The notes under the pieces: generated by a model
What the model was told of the DNA's origin: nothing
Database searches by the model: none
What the model saw: only the letters and a program-made list of their open reading frames with translations
Position numbers and translations under genes: made by a program
Origin: Candidatus Gastranaerophilales bacterium
Lineage (GTDB): Bacteria; Cyanobacteriota; Vampirovibrionia; Gastranaerophilales; Gastranaerophilaceae
Direction: 5' to 3'
Length of the DNA stretch: 64,000 bases
Assembly: GCA_944322725.1 (NCBI GenBank)
Contig: CALUPU010000007.1
Location: 8,601-72,600 of the forward strand
Shown here: piece by piece, positions 56,413-64,000 of the stretch
How positions within the stretch are numbered: the first letter of the stretch is position 1
Layout: every line of letters starts with the position of its first letter

Positions 56413-56958
56413 TTATTTTCTGATACTAAACTCACATCCGCAGTACTGCTGGCGGTAAAACTCATTCTTTTTCGCAATTTCCATTGTTTTTAGAAACCCG
56501 TTCTGCTTTTTAAAATCCTGCGCGAGAAAATTTATATTGTAGTTATGTGCGGCTTTTTCTCCCTCTGCAAAGATATTTTGGGAGATCTTATGCGGACTCA
56601 CTGTAAGTGTTGTTGTAAAAATATCAATACCGAGTTCAGCAGTTTTTTTCGCTGCTTCATTAAGCCTGTATTCAAAGCATTTATTGCATCGCAAACCTTT
56701 TTCAGGTTCTTGTTCCAGCCCGTTTATGTATGCGTACCATTTTTCGGGTTCGTATTCGCCTATGATATACTCATATTCCTGCTCTTCGCAGTAGCGTATA
56801 AGTTCATCTCTTCTTCTTATATATTCTTCTTCGGGGAATATATTCGGATTGTAAAAGAAAACTACGGGATTGTAGTTTTCCTTCAAAAGTTCTGTCGGAT
56901 AGCCCATGCACACTGCGCAGCAGGCATGGAGAAGAATTTTAGGTTTATTTTCTTTCAA
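56413..56958 (-). CDS. queH: epoxyqueuosine reductase QueH (DUF208)
   Basis: ILLHACCAVCMGYP, CNKCFEYRL, and C-terminal YRQQYCGCEFS are the Cys motifs typical of QueH. Confidence 0.85.
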   Translation of the reverse strand: MKENKPKILLHACCAVCMGYPTELLKENYNPVVFFYNPNIFPEEEYIRRRDELIRYCEEQEYEYIIGEYEPEKWYAYINGLEQEPEKGLRCNKCFEYRLNEAAKKTAELGIDIFTTTLTVSPHKISQNIFAEGEKAAHNYNINFLAQDFKKQNGFLKTMEIAKKNEFYRQQYCGCEFSIRK

Positions 56959-58150
56959 CTGCTCCCGCCTTTATAAGTTTTTGCTTAAGTTCTTCATATG
57001 GCATAATTCCGACTTTTGTTTCCATATTTATTCTTATTGCCGGAGTCCCGTCTATACCAATGGCATTTGCTTCATTGATTTCACGCTTTAGTTCTTTAAG
57101 CGTCTCTTCTGAATATGCATCTTTTTTCAATTGTTCAATATCCAGCCCCTTAATACTTTTGGCATTTTCAAGTATGGATTGTTCGCCTTGAAATTCTTTA
57201 TCAAAAAGCATGTTATTCATATCCCAGTATTTACCCTGAAAACCTGCAGCGATTGCGTATTTTGCCAACATGCAAGAACCTTCATGCATCTGTGTTTTTA
57301 ATAATGGATTGCACTCCATATCAAGAGGCAGGTTGTGGTGGACGACTTTTATATTTTTAAGTTCGCTCACTGCACGCTGGAGCATTGTGTTTAAGACAAA
57401 ACAGAACGGGCACTGATAGTCGGTATACTCATGTACAACTATTTCTGCATTCTCATCACCGAGCGTATTGCCTGAAACTTTATACTCATGATTTCCGGAA
57501 GAGTAGTAGTTAAGTTCTTTTTGCATTTTTACCTGAGGAGCAAGTACGTCGGTAATTGCTGTGTAAGTAAGAACTCCGGCGGCTGCAATTAAGACAGCTG
57601 ACAGTGCAATTGCATATTTTTTTACCTTTATTGCATCAATAAAGTCCTTAAAGCTTGTTATAAATACACCAAATATACTTTCGTCTTTAGGCTTTGCAAC
57701 AAGACCAATAAGCAGATTGAGAATATATGTAAAAAAGCAGAGTATACAAATTTTATGGATTTCAAATATAGAAATTCCTGCAAGTATCATTGAAATTGTA
57801 AAAGCAATAATACCGATTGCACAGATGTATGAGAGAGGATTTTTAAAGACATCAAAATAGGCAAAGATTCTGAAGCCTTTAATAGAAATGTTTTTTAGCT
57901 TGTCCACATATGTAAAAAATAAGAATACAAAGTATAAAAATAATCCCCAGAACGCAAGAGGCACACCGAAAAATTGGGAATGGGTTGTCTTTGCTACACC
58001 GTCACAGTCAATCAGATCGTTTATTGAGCAGAAACTTGAGAGTGCGTACGGATTGAAATTTGCATCCCAGTAAATTATTGACAGTTTTATTGATGTAATA
58101 AAACCTATTAAAGCAAGAATAGTAAGCGTTATTCTTTTGGCTAAAGTCAT
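56945..58150 (-). CDS. vitamin K epoxide reductase (VKOR) domain fused to a DsbA/thioredoxin-fold domain
   Basis: N-terminal 4-5 TM helices with the loop Cys pair CSINDLIDC and membrane CILC. C-terminal soluble domain with the YTDYQCPFC active site. Confidence 0.8.
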   Translation of the reverse strand: MTLAKRITLTILALIGFITSIKLSIIYWDANFNPYALSSFCSINDLIDCDGVAKTTHSQFFGVPLAFWGLFLYFVFLFFTYVDKLKNISIKGFRIFAYFDVFKNPLSYICAIGIIAFTISMILAGISIFEIHKICILCFFTYILNLLIGLVAKPKDESIFGVFITSFKDFIDAIKVKKYAIALSAVLIAAAGVLTYTAITDVLAPQVKMQKELNYYSSGNHEYKVSGNTLGDENAEIVVHEYTDYQCPFCFVLNTMLQRAVSELKNIKVVHHNLPLDMECNPLLKTQMHEGSCMLAKYAIAAGFQGKYWDMNNMLFDKEFQGEQSILENAKSIKGLDIEQLKKDAYSEETLKELKREINEANAIGIDGTPAIRINMETKVGIMPYEELKQKLIKAGAVERK

Positions 58151-58152
58151 CT

Positions 58153-59535
58153 TTATACCTCTTTGTTTTCAAGTTTGTTCTTAATCATTACAGAAGAACC
58201 CATTGCAATCATTGTCCAGAATAAGAACTGCACCTGCGGTCTGAAATATATTGTATCAAACATTCCATGCATCATCACACCTAGAAGGAGTAATATTGCT
58301 GAACAAACTACAATCTTATCGGCTACTCCGTTTTTCGCAACAGATGCTGTAATAAATTTATATGCATCAAAAATAAATAAGCCTATAAAAGCAAGGAATG
58401 CAATAAGCCCGAATATTCCGCTTTCCACAGCAATTTCTAAAGGTACGGAATATGTGCTCAATGCGTCATATCCTGTCAGCATATAAAGCCCGTATATTTC
58501 TCGAAATGTCTGGTTTCCTGCACCTATTCCCAGAATAAAATTATCACAGAACATTTGCCAGGAAGAATGATAAACATTCATTCTAAAAGATGTTGATGAA
58601 TCGCCTCTTAAGATAAATATGGATAAAAGCCTTTTGGTTATTTGGGGTACTGCAATCAAAATAAACACAAAACCGCCTATTATTGCGGCAACAATTCTGT
58701 GCCACAATGCTTTTATTTTTTCAGCATATGAAAAATCAGTGTTTATTATTACAGTAACAAGAGCAATCATTCCCGCAACAATTGCCCCCAATCCCAGATA
58801 TGCGCCTCTTGAGCCTGTTACAAAAACAGCAAGAGAGCAAATGACAAATACAGCGAGACTTGTAATAAAACGTTTTTTATTGTTTTTGACAAGACAGATA
58901 AAACCAGAACCTATTATGTACGGCAATCCTGCGACAAGGTAGCCGCCGAGAAGATTAGGGTTATACGGTTTTAATGTTCCATATGCACGTGCAATGGCAT
59001 CTTCCGGATTTATATAATTGGAATCCTGCCATGTGGAAATTTGTTCTACGCCTGCAAAGTTTTGAAATATTGCAATAAGCCCCTCTATACAGCACAGGCT
59101 TGCTACAAGCATGAAAATCCATCGGATTTTGTTTTGATTTGTTTGGAAATAATTTGCCGCACAAAAGTAATAAAAGATATAAATAACGGTTTTTAAAAAT
59201 CCGTGTATACTTTGCGGGACAAGCGTAGAGTTTATTGTACTGATAAAGCAGATAACAAAATACACAAAAATTGCTCCATCAAATTTTGTCATTGCAATTC
59301 CTGTACCTTTTTTCGTAAATAATTTTATAATTGTTAAAAGCACTACAATTATTGCAAATGCGCCGATTTTTTCACTCTCGAGAAATGTTGATGTAAATAA
59401 GGTTAAGGTAATAAACAAAAGTATTATTTCATCAATCTTTGACAGAATAAAACTGTTTTTAGCAATGTTCTCCAGTTTATCCTGAAAGAATCCGTAAAAA
59501 TTGTTTTTTAAATCAATAAATCTGCTATCAATCAT
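58153..59535 (-). CDS. O-antigen ligase-like (Wzy_C domain) polytopic membrane protein
   Basis: About 11-12 TM helices with TGSRGAYLGLGA, characteristic of the O-antigen ligase/polymerase domain. Confidence 0.7.
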   Translation of the reverse strand: MIDSRFIDLKNNFYGFFQDKLENIAKNSFILSKIDEIILLFITLTLFTSTFLESEKIGAFAIIVVLLTIIKLFTKKGTGIAMTKFDGAIFVYFVICFISTINSTLVPQSIHGFLKTVIYIFYYFCAANYFQTNQNKIRWIFMLVASLCCIEGLIAIFQNFAGVEQISTWQDSNYINPEDAIARAYGTLKPYNPNLLGGYLVAGLPYIIGSGFICLVKNNKKRFITSLAVFVICSLAVFVTGSRGAYLGLGAIVAGMIALVTVIINTDFSYAEKIKALWHRIVAAIIGGFVFILIAVPQITKRLLSIFILRGDSSTSFRMNVYHSSWQMFCDNFILGIGAGNQTFREIYGLYMLTGYDALSTYSVPLEIAVESGIFGLIAFLAFIGLFIFDAYKFITASVAKNGVADKIVVCSAILLLLGVMMHGMFDTIYFRPQVQFLFWTMIAMGSSVMIKNKLENKEV

Positions 59536-59537
59536 AA

Positions 59538-60131
59538 TTATTCAGCACTTTTTTGTTCTTTCTCAACATTTTTCACAGGCGCATTAATAGCGTCTTTTTG
59601 CTCCTGCAAGTGTTTGTTGATTAATTCAACATCTTTGTCCTCAAGTACTTTAACATTTGAAATTGTTCCGCCTATACGATAATTGAAGCCTTCAAGGACA
59701 ATAGGCAGACCGATTTTTATTTTGTTGCCGCCTACAACAGGACCGTCCTTTGTAATCTTTGCTTCATCAATGAGGCTTATTACAAAATCATATTGGAACG
59801 GTTGTGACAAATCATCAATCACAGCAAAAGGCTGTGAGGGATTGTCTATCGGAATGATTGCTTTTTTGGGCTGATAAGCAACATCGATAATCTGCAATTT
59901 TGTATAGGGGACATTTCTTATTGTAATAAATGATTCTTCACCTGCTTTAAAAGGTATCTCAGAATCGGTTACCGAGACGCTTTTTAGCATAACCTGAAAA
60001 GCAATTTTCTTTGTTGCTTCAACAGGTGATTTAGAAAATTTATTTTTGCCAAGATATATAAGTGCTCCCATCAAAAGCACTGCAATAACCGCAGCAATAA
60101 TTATGTAATCAAAAGGTTTAAGTTTTTTCAT
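59538..60131 (-). CDS. hypothetical membrane-anchored protein (possibly DUF4330-like)
   Basis: N-terminal anchor KPFDYIIIAAVIAVLLMGALIY followed by a beta-rich domain. The family assignment is tentative. Confidence 0.4.
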   Translation of the reverse strand: MKKLKPFDYIIIAAVIAVLLMGALIYLGKNKFSKSPVEATKKIAFQVMLKSVSVTDSEIPFKAGEESFITIRNVPYTKLQIIDVAYQPKKAIIPIDNPSQPFAVIDDLSQPFQYDFVISLIDEAKITKDGPVVGGNKIKIGLPIVLEGFNYRIGGTISNVKVLEDKDVELINKHLQEQKDAINAPVKNVEKEQKSAE

Positions 60132-60155
60132 CTATGACTCCTCAATGTTATAACA

Positions 60156-61199
60156 CTATGCTTTTATTGTGTAATTCTCCATATTCATTTTGTTTAAGCT
60201 TGATTTAATTTCATCAATTGATGTAGTTGCACATCCGAATGAACGGATAACAATACTTGCAGCTATATTTCCGATAATTGCGGCGTATTTAGGCGGAGCA
60301 CCTGCTGCCAGTGCAAGTGTAAATGATGCAACAACTGTATCTCCTGCACCCGTTACATCAAATACATTTGTTTTATTGAATACAGGTACGTCAGTGTGCT
60401 CCTGTTTTCCTTTTTCAAATACAGCCATGCCATCGCCTCCTCTTGTGAGAAGAAGAACCTGTGCATCTGTCATTTTTAAAATATCAGCACCTGCACTGTT
60501 TAAAGTCGCTGCGTCTTTTATAAAATAGCCAGCTGCTTTTTCACTATCAGGCTGGTTCGGGGTAAGAGCGTATACCCCTTTGTATCTGTGCATATCTTTT
60601 TGTACATCAGCTACGACAATTTTTCCATGCTCTTTTGCACAGGTTACAGTAGCAGCAATTATTCTGTCAGTCAAAAGACCTATGTTGTAGTCCGAAAGAA
60701 TTACCGCATCATGAAGAGGTATTGCTTTTTCTATATTTTCAATAATTTTATCTTCTGTTTCTTTGGACGGCGGGTTTGTTGCAAGTCTGTCTATTCTTAC
60801 AATCTGCTGTGTAACGGAGTGGAAGCTTGCGCCGGAAATTCTCGATTTAACTGTTGTCGGTCTTGAATTGTCCTGTACCATAAAATCAGTATTGATTCCT
60901 GCATTTTTGAATGCATCAAGAAGCATTGGACCGTAATAATCATTGCCGTATAAACCTATTGCAGAAACTTTGCCTCCGTTTATTGTTGCAAGGTTGTGTG
61001 CTGCGTTGGCGGCCTGCCCCAGTATAATTTTTGTACTGGCATGTCTGAGAATAAGAACGGGCGCTTCTCTTGAGATTCTTTCCGTATCTCCGTATATCAT
61101 TTCATCTATGCCCATATCTCCTATTATCAGGATATTAGGCTCAGTAAGTTTATCAATATATAGTTCAAGTTTTTCTTTATCAAAATCAAAATTCTGCAT
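60156..61199 (-). CDS. PfkB-family carbohydrate kinase, RfaE domain I-like (heptose 7-phosphate kinase-like)
   Basis: ILIIGDMGIDEMIYGDTERISREAPVLI parallels the hldE N-terminus. DVTGAGDT is the PfkB signature. No adenylyltransferase half. Confidence 0.78.
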   Translation of the reverse strand: MQNFDFDKEKLELYIDKLTEPNILIIGDMGIDEMIYGDTERISREAPVLILRHASTKIILGQAANAAHNLATINGGKVSAIGLYGNDYYGPMLLDAFKNAGINTDFMVQDNSRPTTVKSRISGASFHSVTQQIVRIDRLATNPPSKETEDKIIENIEKAIPLHDAVILSDYNIGLLTDRIIAATVTCAKEHGKIVVADVQKDMHRYKGVYALTPNQPDSEKAAGYFIKDAATLNSAGADILKMTDAQVLLLTRGGDGMAVFEKGKQEHTDVPVFNKTNVFDVTGAGDTVVASFTLALAAGAPPKYAAIIGNIAASIVIRSFGCATTSIDEIKSSLNKMNMENYTIKA

Positions 61200-61327
61200 A
61201 TTTTTTAATATCCTTTAATTGCGGGTCATATTTTTAAAAATAGTGTAGTATAATATTTTTAGTTTAGCACAAAAATATGTTGCAACTATAAATAATAAGT
61301 AACATATAAAGCAAATACAGAGGTAAA

Positions 61328-61909
61328 ATGACGGATACTCCTGATAGCAATAATGATGATTTTCACAGTCTCGATTTTGATGAAAAAATGGAGATAGAAA
61401 AACTTCAGGCTACGATAAGAAGCATGAGTAATTTTTCCGATGATTCGGAAGGATTTTTGTCACAAAGTCCAAAAGCGCTTATGGATGGAGGCTTTAATCT
61501 TGAAGCACAGGATTTGGAATTCGATCCGTATGCTGAAATTGAAAAACCCGTTGTAAGAACTCAGGGTCCAAAGGCAAAGAAATTTGTTGTTATGGTTAAT
61601 GCTGATAATGTTGAGTTTTTTGATAAAATACCAATGGAAGAACGTACTCAGCTTTTTAATAATCTGCTTTCCGATTACAAACACGGTCTTGAAAATACTC
61701 AAAAAAAGAAACATCTTATAAAATTTTCCAAACATATGTTTGTCGGAATAATGACGGTTCTATTGTCTTTACCTATAATGTTTGTCGTTGTAAACAAGTC
61801 GATTGAATTGACTATTCAAAACTACAAAGATGTACAAAACAGTTTTGAAAAACTCTATGAAAGCAGAAACAGAGGCAGATTCAATACAGTACACAGAACA
61901 ATATACTAA
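61328..61909 (+). CDS. hypothetical protein with one TM helix (193 aa)
   Basis: Acidic N-terminus and a single hydrophobic helix (MFVGIMTVLLSLPIMFVVV). No recognised family. Confidence 0.5.
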   Translation: MTDTPDSNNDDFHSLDFDEKMEIEKLQATIRSMSNFSDDSEGFLSQSPKALMDGGFNLEAQDLEFDPYAEIEKPVVRTQGPKAKKFVVMVNADNVEFFDKIPMEERTQLFNNLLSDYKHGLENTQKKKHLIKFSKHMFVGIMTVLLSLPIMFVVVNKSIELTIQNYKDVQNSFEKLYESRNRGRFNTVHRTIY

Positions 61910-61926
61910 AATTAAAAAGGTTTTTG

Positions 61927-62580
61927 ATGATTAAGGATAGCGAACTAAAGAATATAAAGTTTGAGAATAAACTTTACTTTGCCGGAATATCACTGGGATC
62001 TTCTTCTACAAATGAAACCGGTGTGGCAATAATTGACAGAAATTTAAATATTATTACGCTTGATAAGCTTTTTTCCATGGAGGATGTCAGATTCTTTTTT
62101 AAACGAATGGTAGGAAAACAGAATGCCATTATAAATGTTGCTTTGCCGGAAAACCCGCAAATGCTTAATGCAAAATGGAAATTGACCTCCCGCGAATATC
62201 AGCTTATTCAAAGCAGTGAACTTATAAACCATGACAGCGACTGGATTCAGAGATATTCTCATAGAGGATGTGACCTTTTTAAAGAATTAAAAGAGCATGG
62301 GGTGGATATTTTCAGGTATGATATACATGAATTAAAGTCGTCTCTTGGCTTAGCAGGGATTTATAAAGATCGTTCACCTGTTGACTGTAAGGCTCTTCAA
62401 AGTGCATTAAAATACAGATTTGGATTTAAAGAACTTCCTTCAAATATGCTTCCAGTCTCTCAGCTGGAGGCTATTCTCGGGGCATATCTGGGAATTATTA
62501 TGGCTGATACAAAAACAGGTTATGATTGCAAGGTCAAAACAATATATCAGGATATCGAAGTAATAGGTCTTTATTTATAA
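61927..62580 (+). CDS. hypothetical protein (217 aa)
   Basis: ORF with start set at the ATG after the TTG. YFAGISLGSSSTNETGVAIIDRN at the N-terminus faintly resembles RNase-H-fold/DUF429-type proteins. Not assigned. Confidence 0.5.
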   Translation: MIKDSELKNIKFENKLYFAGISLGSSSTNETGVAIIDRNLNIITLDKLFSMEDVRFFFKRMVGKQNAIINVALPENPQMLNAKWKLTSREYQLIQSSELINHDSDWIQRYSHRGCDLFKELKEHGVDIFRYDIHELKSSLGLAGIYKDRSPVDCKALQSALKYRFGFKELPSNMLPVSQLEAILGAYLGIIMADTKTGYDCKVKTIYQDIEVIGLYL

Positions 62581-62676
62581 ATTTAAGTTTTCCTCTTTAC
62601 AAAAAAAATTTATCATGTATGATAATAGTTGTCGAAAGACCAACACCACAGGTGTGTATATAACACAAAAAATTGT

Positions 62677-62749
62677 GGGGGTTTAGCTCAGCTGGTAGAG
62701 CACCTGCTTTGCACGCAGGGGGTCAGGAGTTCGAATCTCCTAACCTCCA
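62677..62749 (+). tRNA. tRNA-Ala (anticodon TGC), no encoded CCA
   Basis: GGGGGTTTAGCTCAGCTGGTAGAGCACCTGCTTTGCACGCAGGGGGTCAGGAGTTCGAATCTCCTAACCTCCA, with the G3:U70 identity pair, anticodon loop CTTTGCA and a standard cloverleaf. Confidence 0.94.
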
Positions 62750-62754
62750 AAAAT

Positions 62755-62786
62755 AAAGGGACATCATCAGATGTCCCTTTATTTTT
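62755..62786 (+). terminator. rho-independent terminator after tRNA-Ala
   Basis: AAAGGGACATC-atca-GATGTCCCTTT, then ATTTTT. Confidence 0.8.
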
Positions 62787-62936
62787 GGCTTGTTTTGGTA
62801 ATGAGAACCTTCCAATGTACGAAGTACATTTAAAAGGAGTTGCGCGAGTGAGCTGAGGCTGGAGTGCTTTTGTTGAAAGGGCTGTAAGCCCTGTAAACAA
62901 AACACGGAATTGCCGTTAAACGCGAACGAGCAAGAC

Positions 62937-62954
62937 CGAATCTCCTAACCTCCA
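62937..62954 (+). repeat. direct repeat of the tRNA-Ala 3' end (18 nt)
   Basis: CGAATCTCCTAACCTCCA is identical to 62732-62749 (T-loop, T-stem 3' side, acceptor 3' strand and discriminator). Confidence 0.85.
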
Positions 62955-62980
62955 TCATTCAAAAAAAAGCTTATTTCTTT

Positions 62981-63367
62981 TTATGCCATAAAGTTTAATC
63001 TGCTGTTTGTTTGCAGGTTTTGTGCCTGCGACTTTATTGCAGAAGCTTCGGCTGCAACTTTGTAATCCTGAGAGGAAGGATCAGACGGTGCCATTGCTGC
63101 TTTTATTACTGTATTTGCGTGTTCTATTGTCTTTTTAGGGTTCTTTTTGTCAAGAACAGGCATTTTTATCGGAACATGACCTGCAACAGGTATTCCGTCA
63201 GAATTCTTTTCAATTGTAATGGCACCGGCAAAAGAACCGCCAGCTATTTTATGTGCCATTTCATGAGCATAAATATGATTATAATTTTTTTGAATTAAAT
63301 CATCTTTTTGCTTCTGTCTTTCTCTTAACGGAGTAGAAAAAGAATTTGAAAAACTGTTTATTAACAC
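62981..63367 (-). CDS. putative metalloprotease, SprA-related / CJM1_0395-like family
   Basis: HEMAHK motif followed by ..GIPVAGHVPIKMP..TIEHANTVIKAAMAPSDPSSQDYKVAAEAS, a pattern I associate with the SprA-related family. GTG start. Confidence 0.45.
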   Translation of the reverse strand: MLINSFSNSFSTPLRERQKQKDDLIQKNYNHIYAHEMAHKIAGGSFAGAITIEKNSDGIPVAGHVPIKMPVLDKKNPKKTIEHANTVIKAAMAPSDPSSQDYKVAAEASAIKSQAQNLQTNSRLNFMA

Positions 63368-63414
63368 ACCAAGCCCTTTTTGTGATAATTTTCTCTAATA
63401 ATATTTTACTACAT

Positions 63415-63663
63415 TTATAATACTTTGTGAAGTGTTAAGAAAATTATGTATTTTTTTATAAAATCAAGAATATAATCTCTTAAAACAACAGCATTGTTAA
63501 TAGTTGGTGATTTAGCACCATATATTAATGTTACGTTGTCTGTTTTTAAAAAATCTGTTATTTTTTTTATATCATCAGTATGGTATTTTAATTCATCACG
63601 ATATTTTTTAGAAAACTCTTTAAACTTTTCATAACTATACTGTATTTTGTTCTGAAATAACAA
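63415..63663 (-). pseudogene. DUF488 (YeaO-like) protein, N-terminally truncated
   Basis: The C-terminal half resembles E. coli YeaO: ..YEKFKEFSKKYRDEL..VTLIYGAKSPTINNAVVLRDYI compared with ..LTLLYSAKNTTQNHALVLADWL. About 50 N-terminal residues are missing and only a TTG start is available. Confidence 0.5.
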
Positions 63664-63710
63664 ACATCACCATATTTTCTAATTTTTTGTCAGGTGATAA
63701 TATTAAAGTT

Positions 63711-64000
63711 ATGACTGATTTATTCTATAAAACAGATTATATTTCACCATTAGGTAAGATTACCATTGTTTCTGACGCTGAAAGCATTGCAGGTGTATGG
63801 CTTGAAGGACAGAAATATTTCTGCAATACGATTGATGAAAGTATGATGGAATATAAAGATATAGATATTTTAAAATCGGCAGAAAAATGGCTGGACAGAT
63901 ACTTTGCAGGCGGCAAACCGGAGATTGCGGAATTATCTTTAAATCCCTCCGGTAATGAATTTAGACAGTCTGTTTGGAAGATTCTATGCGAAATACCATA
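63711..64000 (+). CDS. ogt: methylated-DNA-protein-cysteine methyltransferase (Ogt/MGMT), 5' part, runs off the window
   Basis: The ATG at 63711 opens a frame to the window end: MTDLFYKTDYISPLGKITIVSDAESIAGVWLEGQKYF..DRYFAGGKP..NPSGNEFRQSVWKILCEIP is a typical MGMT N-terminal and early DNA-binding region. Confidence 0.75.
   Translation, partial: MTDLFYKTDYISPLGKITIVSDAESIAGVWLEGQKYFCNTIDESMMEYKDIDILKSAEKWLDRYFAGGKPEIAELSLNPSGNEFRQSVWKILCEIP

Noticed and set aside
62629-62905. ORFs 62629..62856 (+), 62688..62900 (-) and 62723..62905 (-)
   Set aside because: They span tRNA-Ala, its terminator and the hairpin-rich spacer, and have no coding features.
62750-62936. An intact integrated mobile element between the tRNA-Ala direct repeats
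   Set aside because: The segment is only 187 bp and has no integrase or any other ORF. At most it is a scar or a tRNA-linked repeat, and it is reported as such.
1-64000. Alternative genetic code (for example TGA reassignment) as an explanation for the interrupted helicase
   Set aside because: TAA, TAG and TGA all terminate well-conserved genes at their expected lengths throughout the window (for example, the helicase itself ends in TGA). No conserved gene needs read-through.

Overview
AT-rich, densely coding bacterial chromosomal window with about 75 supportable CDS and 5 tRNA genes. No rRNA, CRISPR array or intact mobile element was seen.

Content in order:
- An endonuclease-Q-like PHP nuclease followed by a UvrD-like helicase whose 5' end is disrupted.
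- A minus-strand tRNA cluster: Val-GAC, Cys-GCA, Gly-TCC, Pro-TGG.
- Parvulin PPIase and an M23 peptidase.
- LPS, heptose and glycan genes: manC, hldE, a fused gmhA-gmhB, two GT2 glycosyltransferases, a Wzx-like flippase, an O-antigen-ligase-like protein, an MsbA-like exporter and a second heptose-kinase-like gene.
- crcB, pdxJ and rpmB.
- An F-type ATP synthase operon in the order a, c, b-prime, b, delta, alpha, gamma, with no beta or epsilon.
- An NfnA/PyrK-like flavoprotein.
- A histidine kinase and OmpR-type regulator next to a TolC / adaptor / ABC (MacAB-like) efflux operon.
- A small accessory islet with ParDE and HigBA-like toxin-antitoxin pairs, XRE paralogs and two TRL-like lipoproteins.
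- dnaG-rpoD, a CpaE/TadZ-like ATPase, ldcA and dnaX.
- yceD-rpmF-plsX-fabH-fabD-fabG-acpP-fabF.
- ROK kinase, queH, a VKOR-DsbA fusion, tRNA-Ala and a partial ogt.

Lineage (inference only): the cyanobacterial-type split atp operon, the VKOR-thioredoxin-fold fusion, the LPS and TolC genes and the absence of photosynthesis genes suggest a diderm, non-photosynthetic relative of Cyanobacteria (Melainabacteria/Vampirovibrionia-like).

Most unusual signal: tRNA-Val, tRNA-Gly and tRNA-Pro are each preceded by truncated copies of their own 5' portion. The Val and Pro copies carry a shared hairpin module of about 41-47 nt with compensatory base changes. The Gly copies form a perfect 92-bp tandem repeat. 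tRNA-Ala has a 3'-end direct repeat 187 bp downstream.

Other points: several gene remnants, orphan membrane and low-complexity proteins, a hairpin-rich non-coding segment inside the toxin-antitoxin islet, and a 58-aa Cys-rich ORF that is absent from the ORF track.

All functional calls rest on motif recognition by eye. No database search was run.
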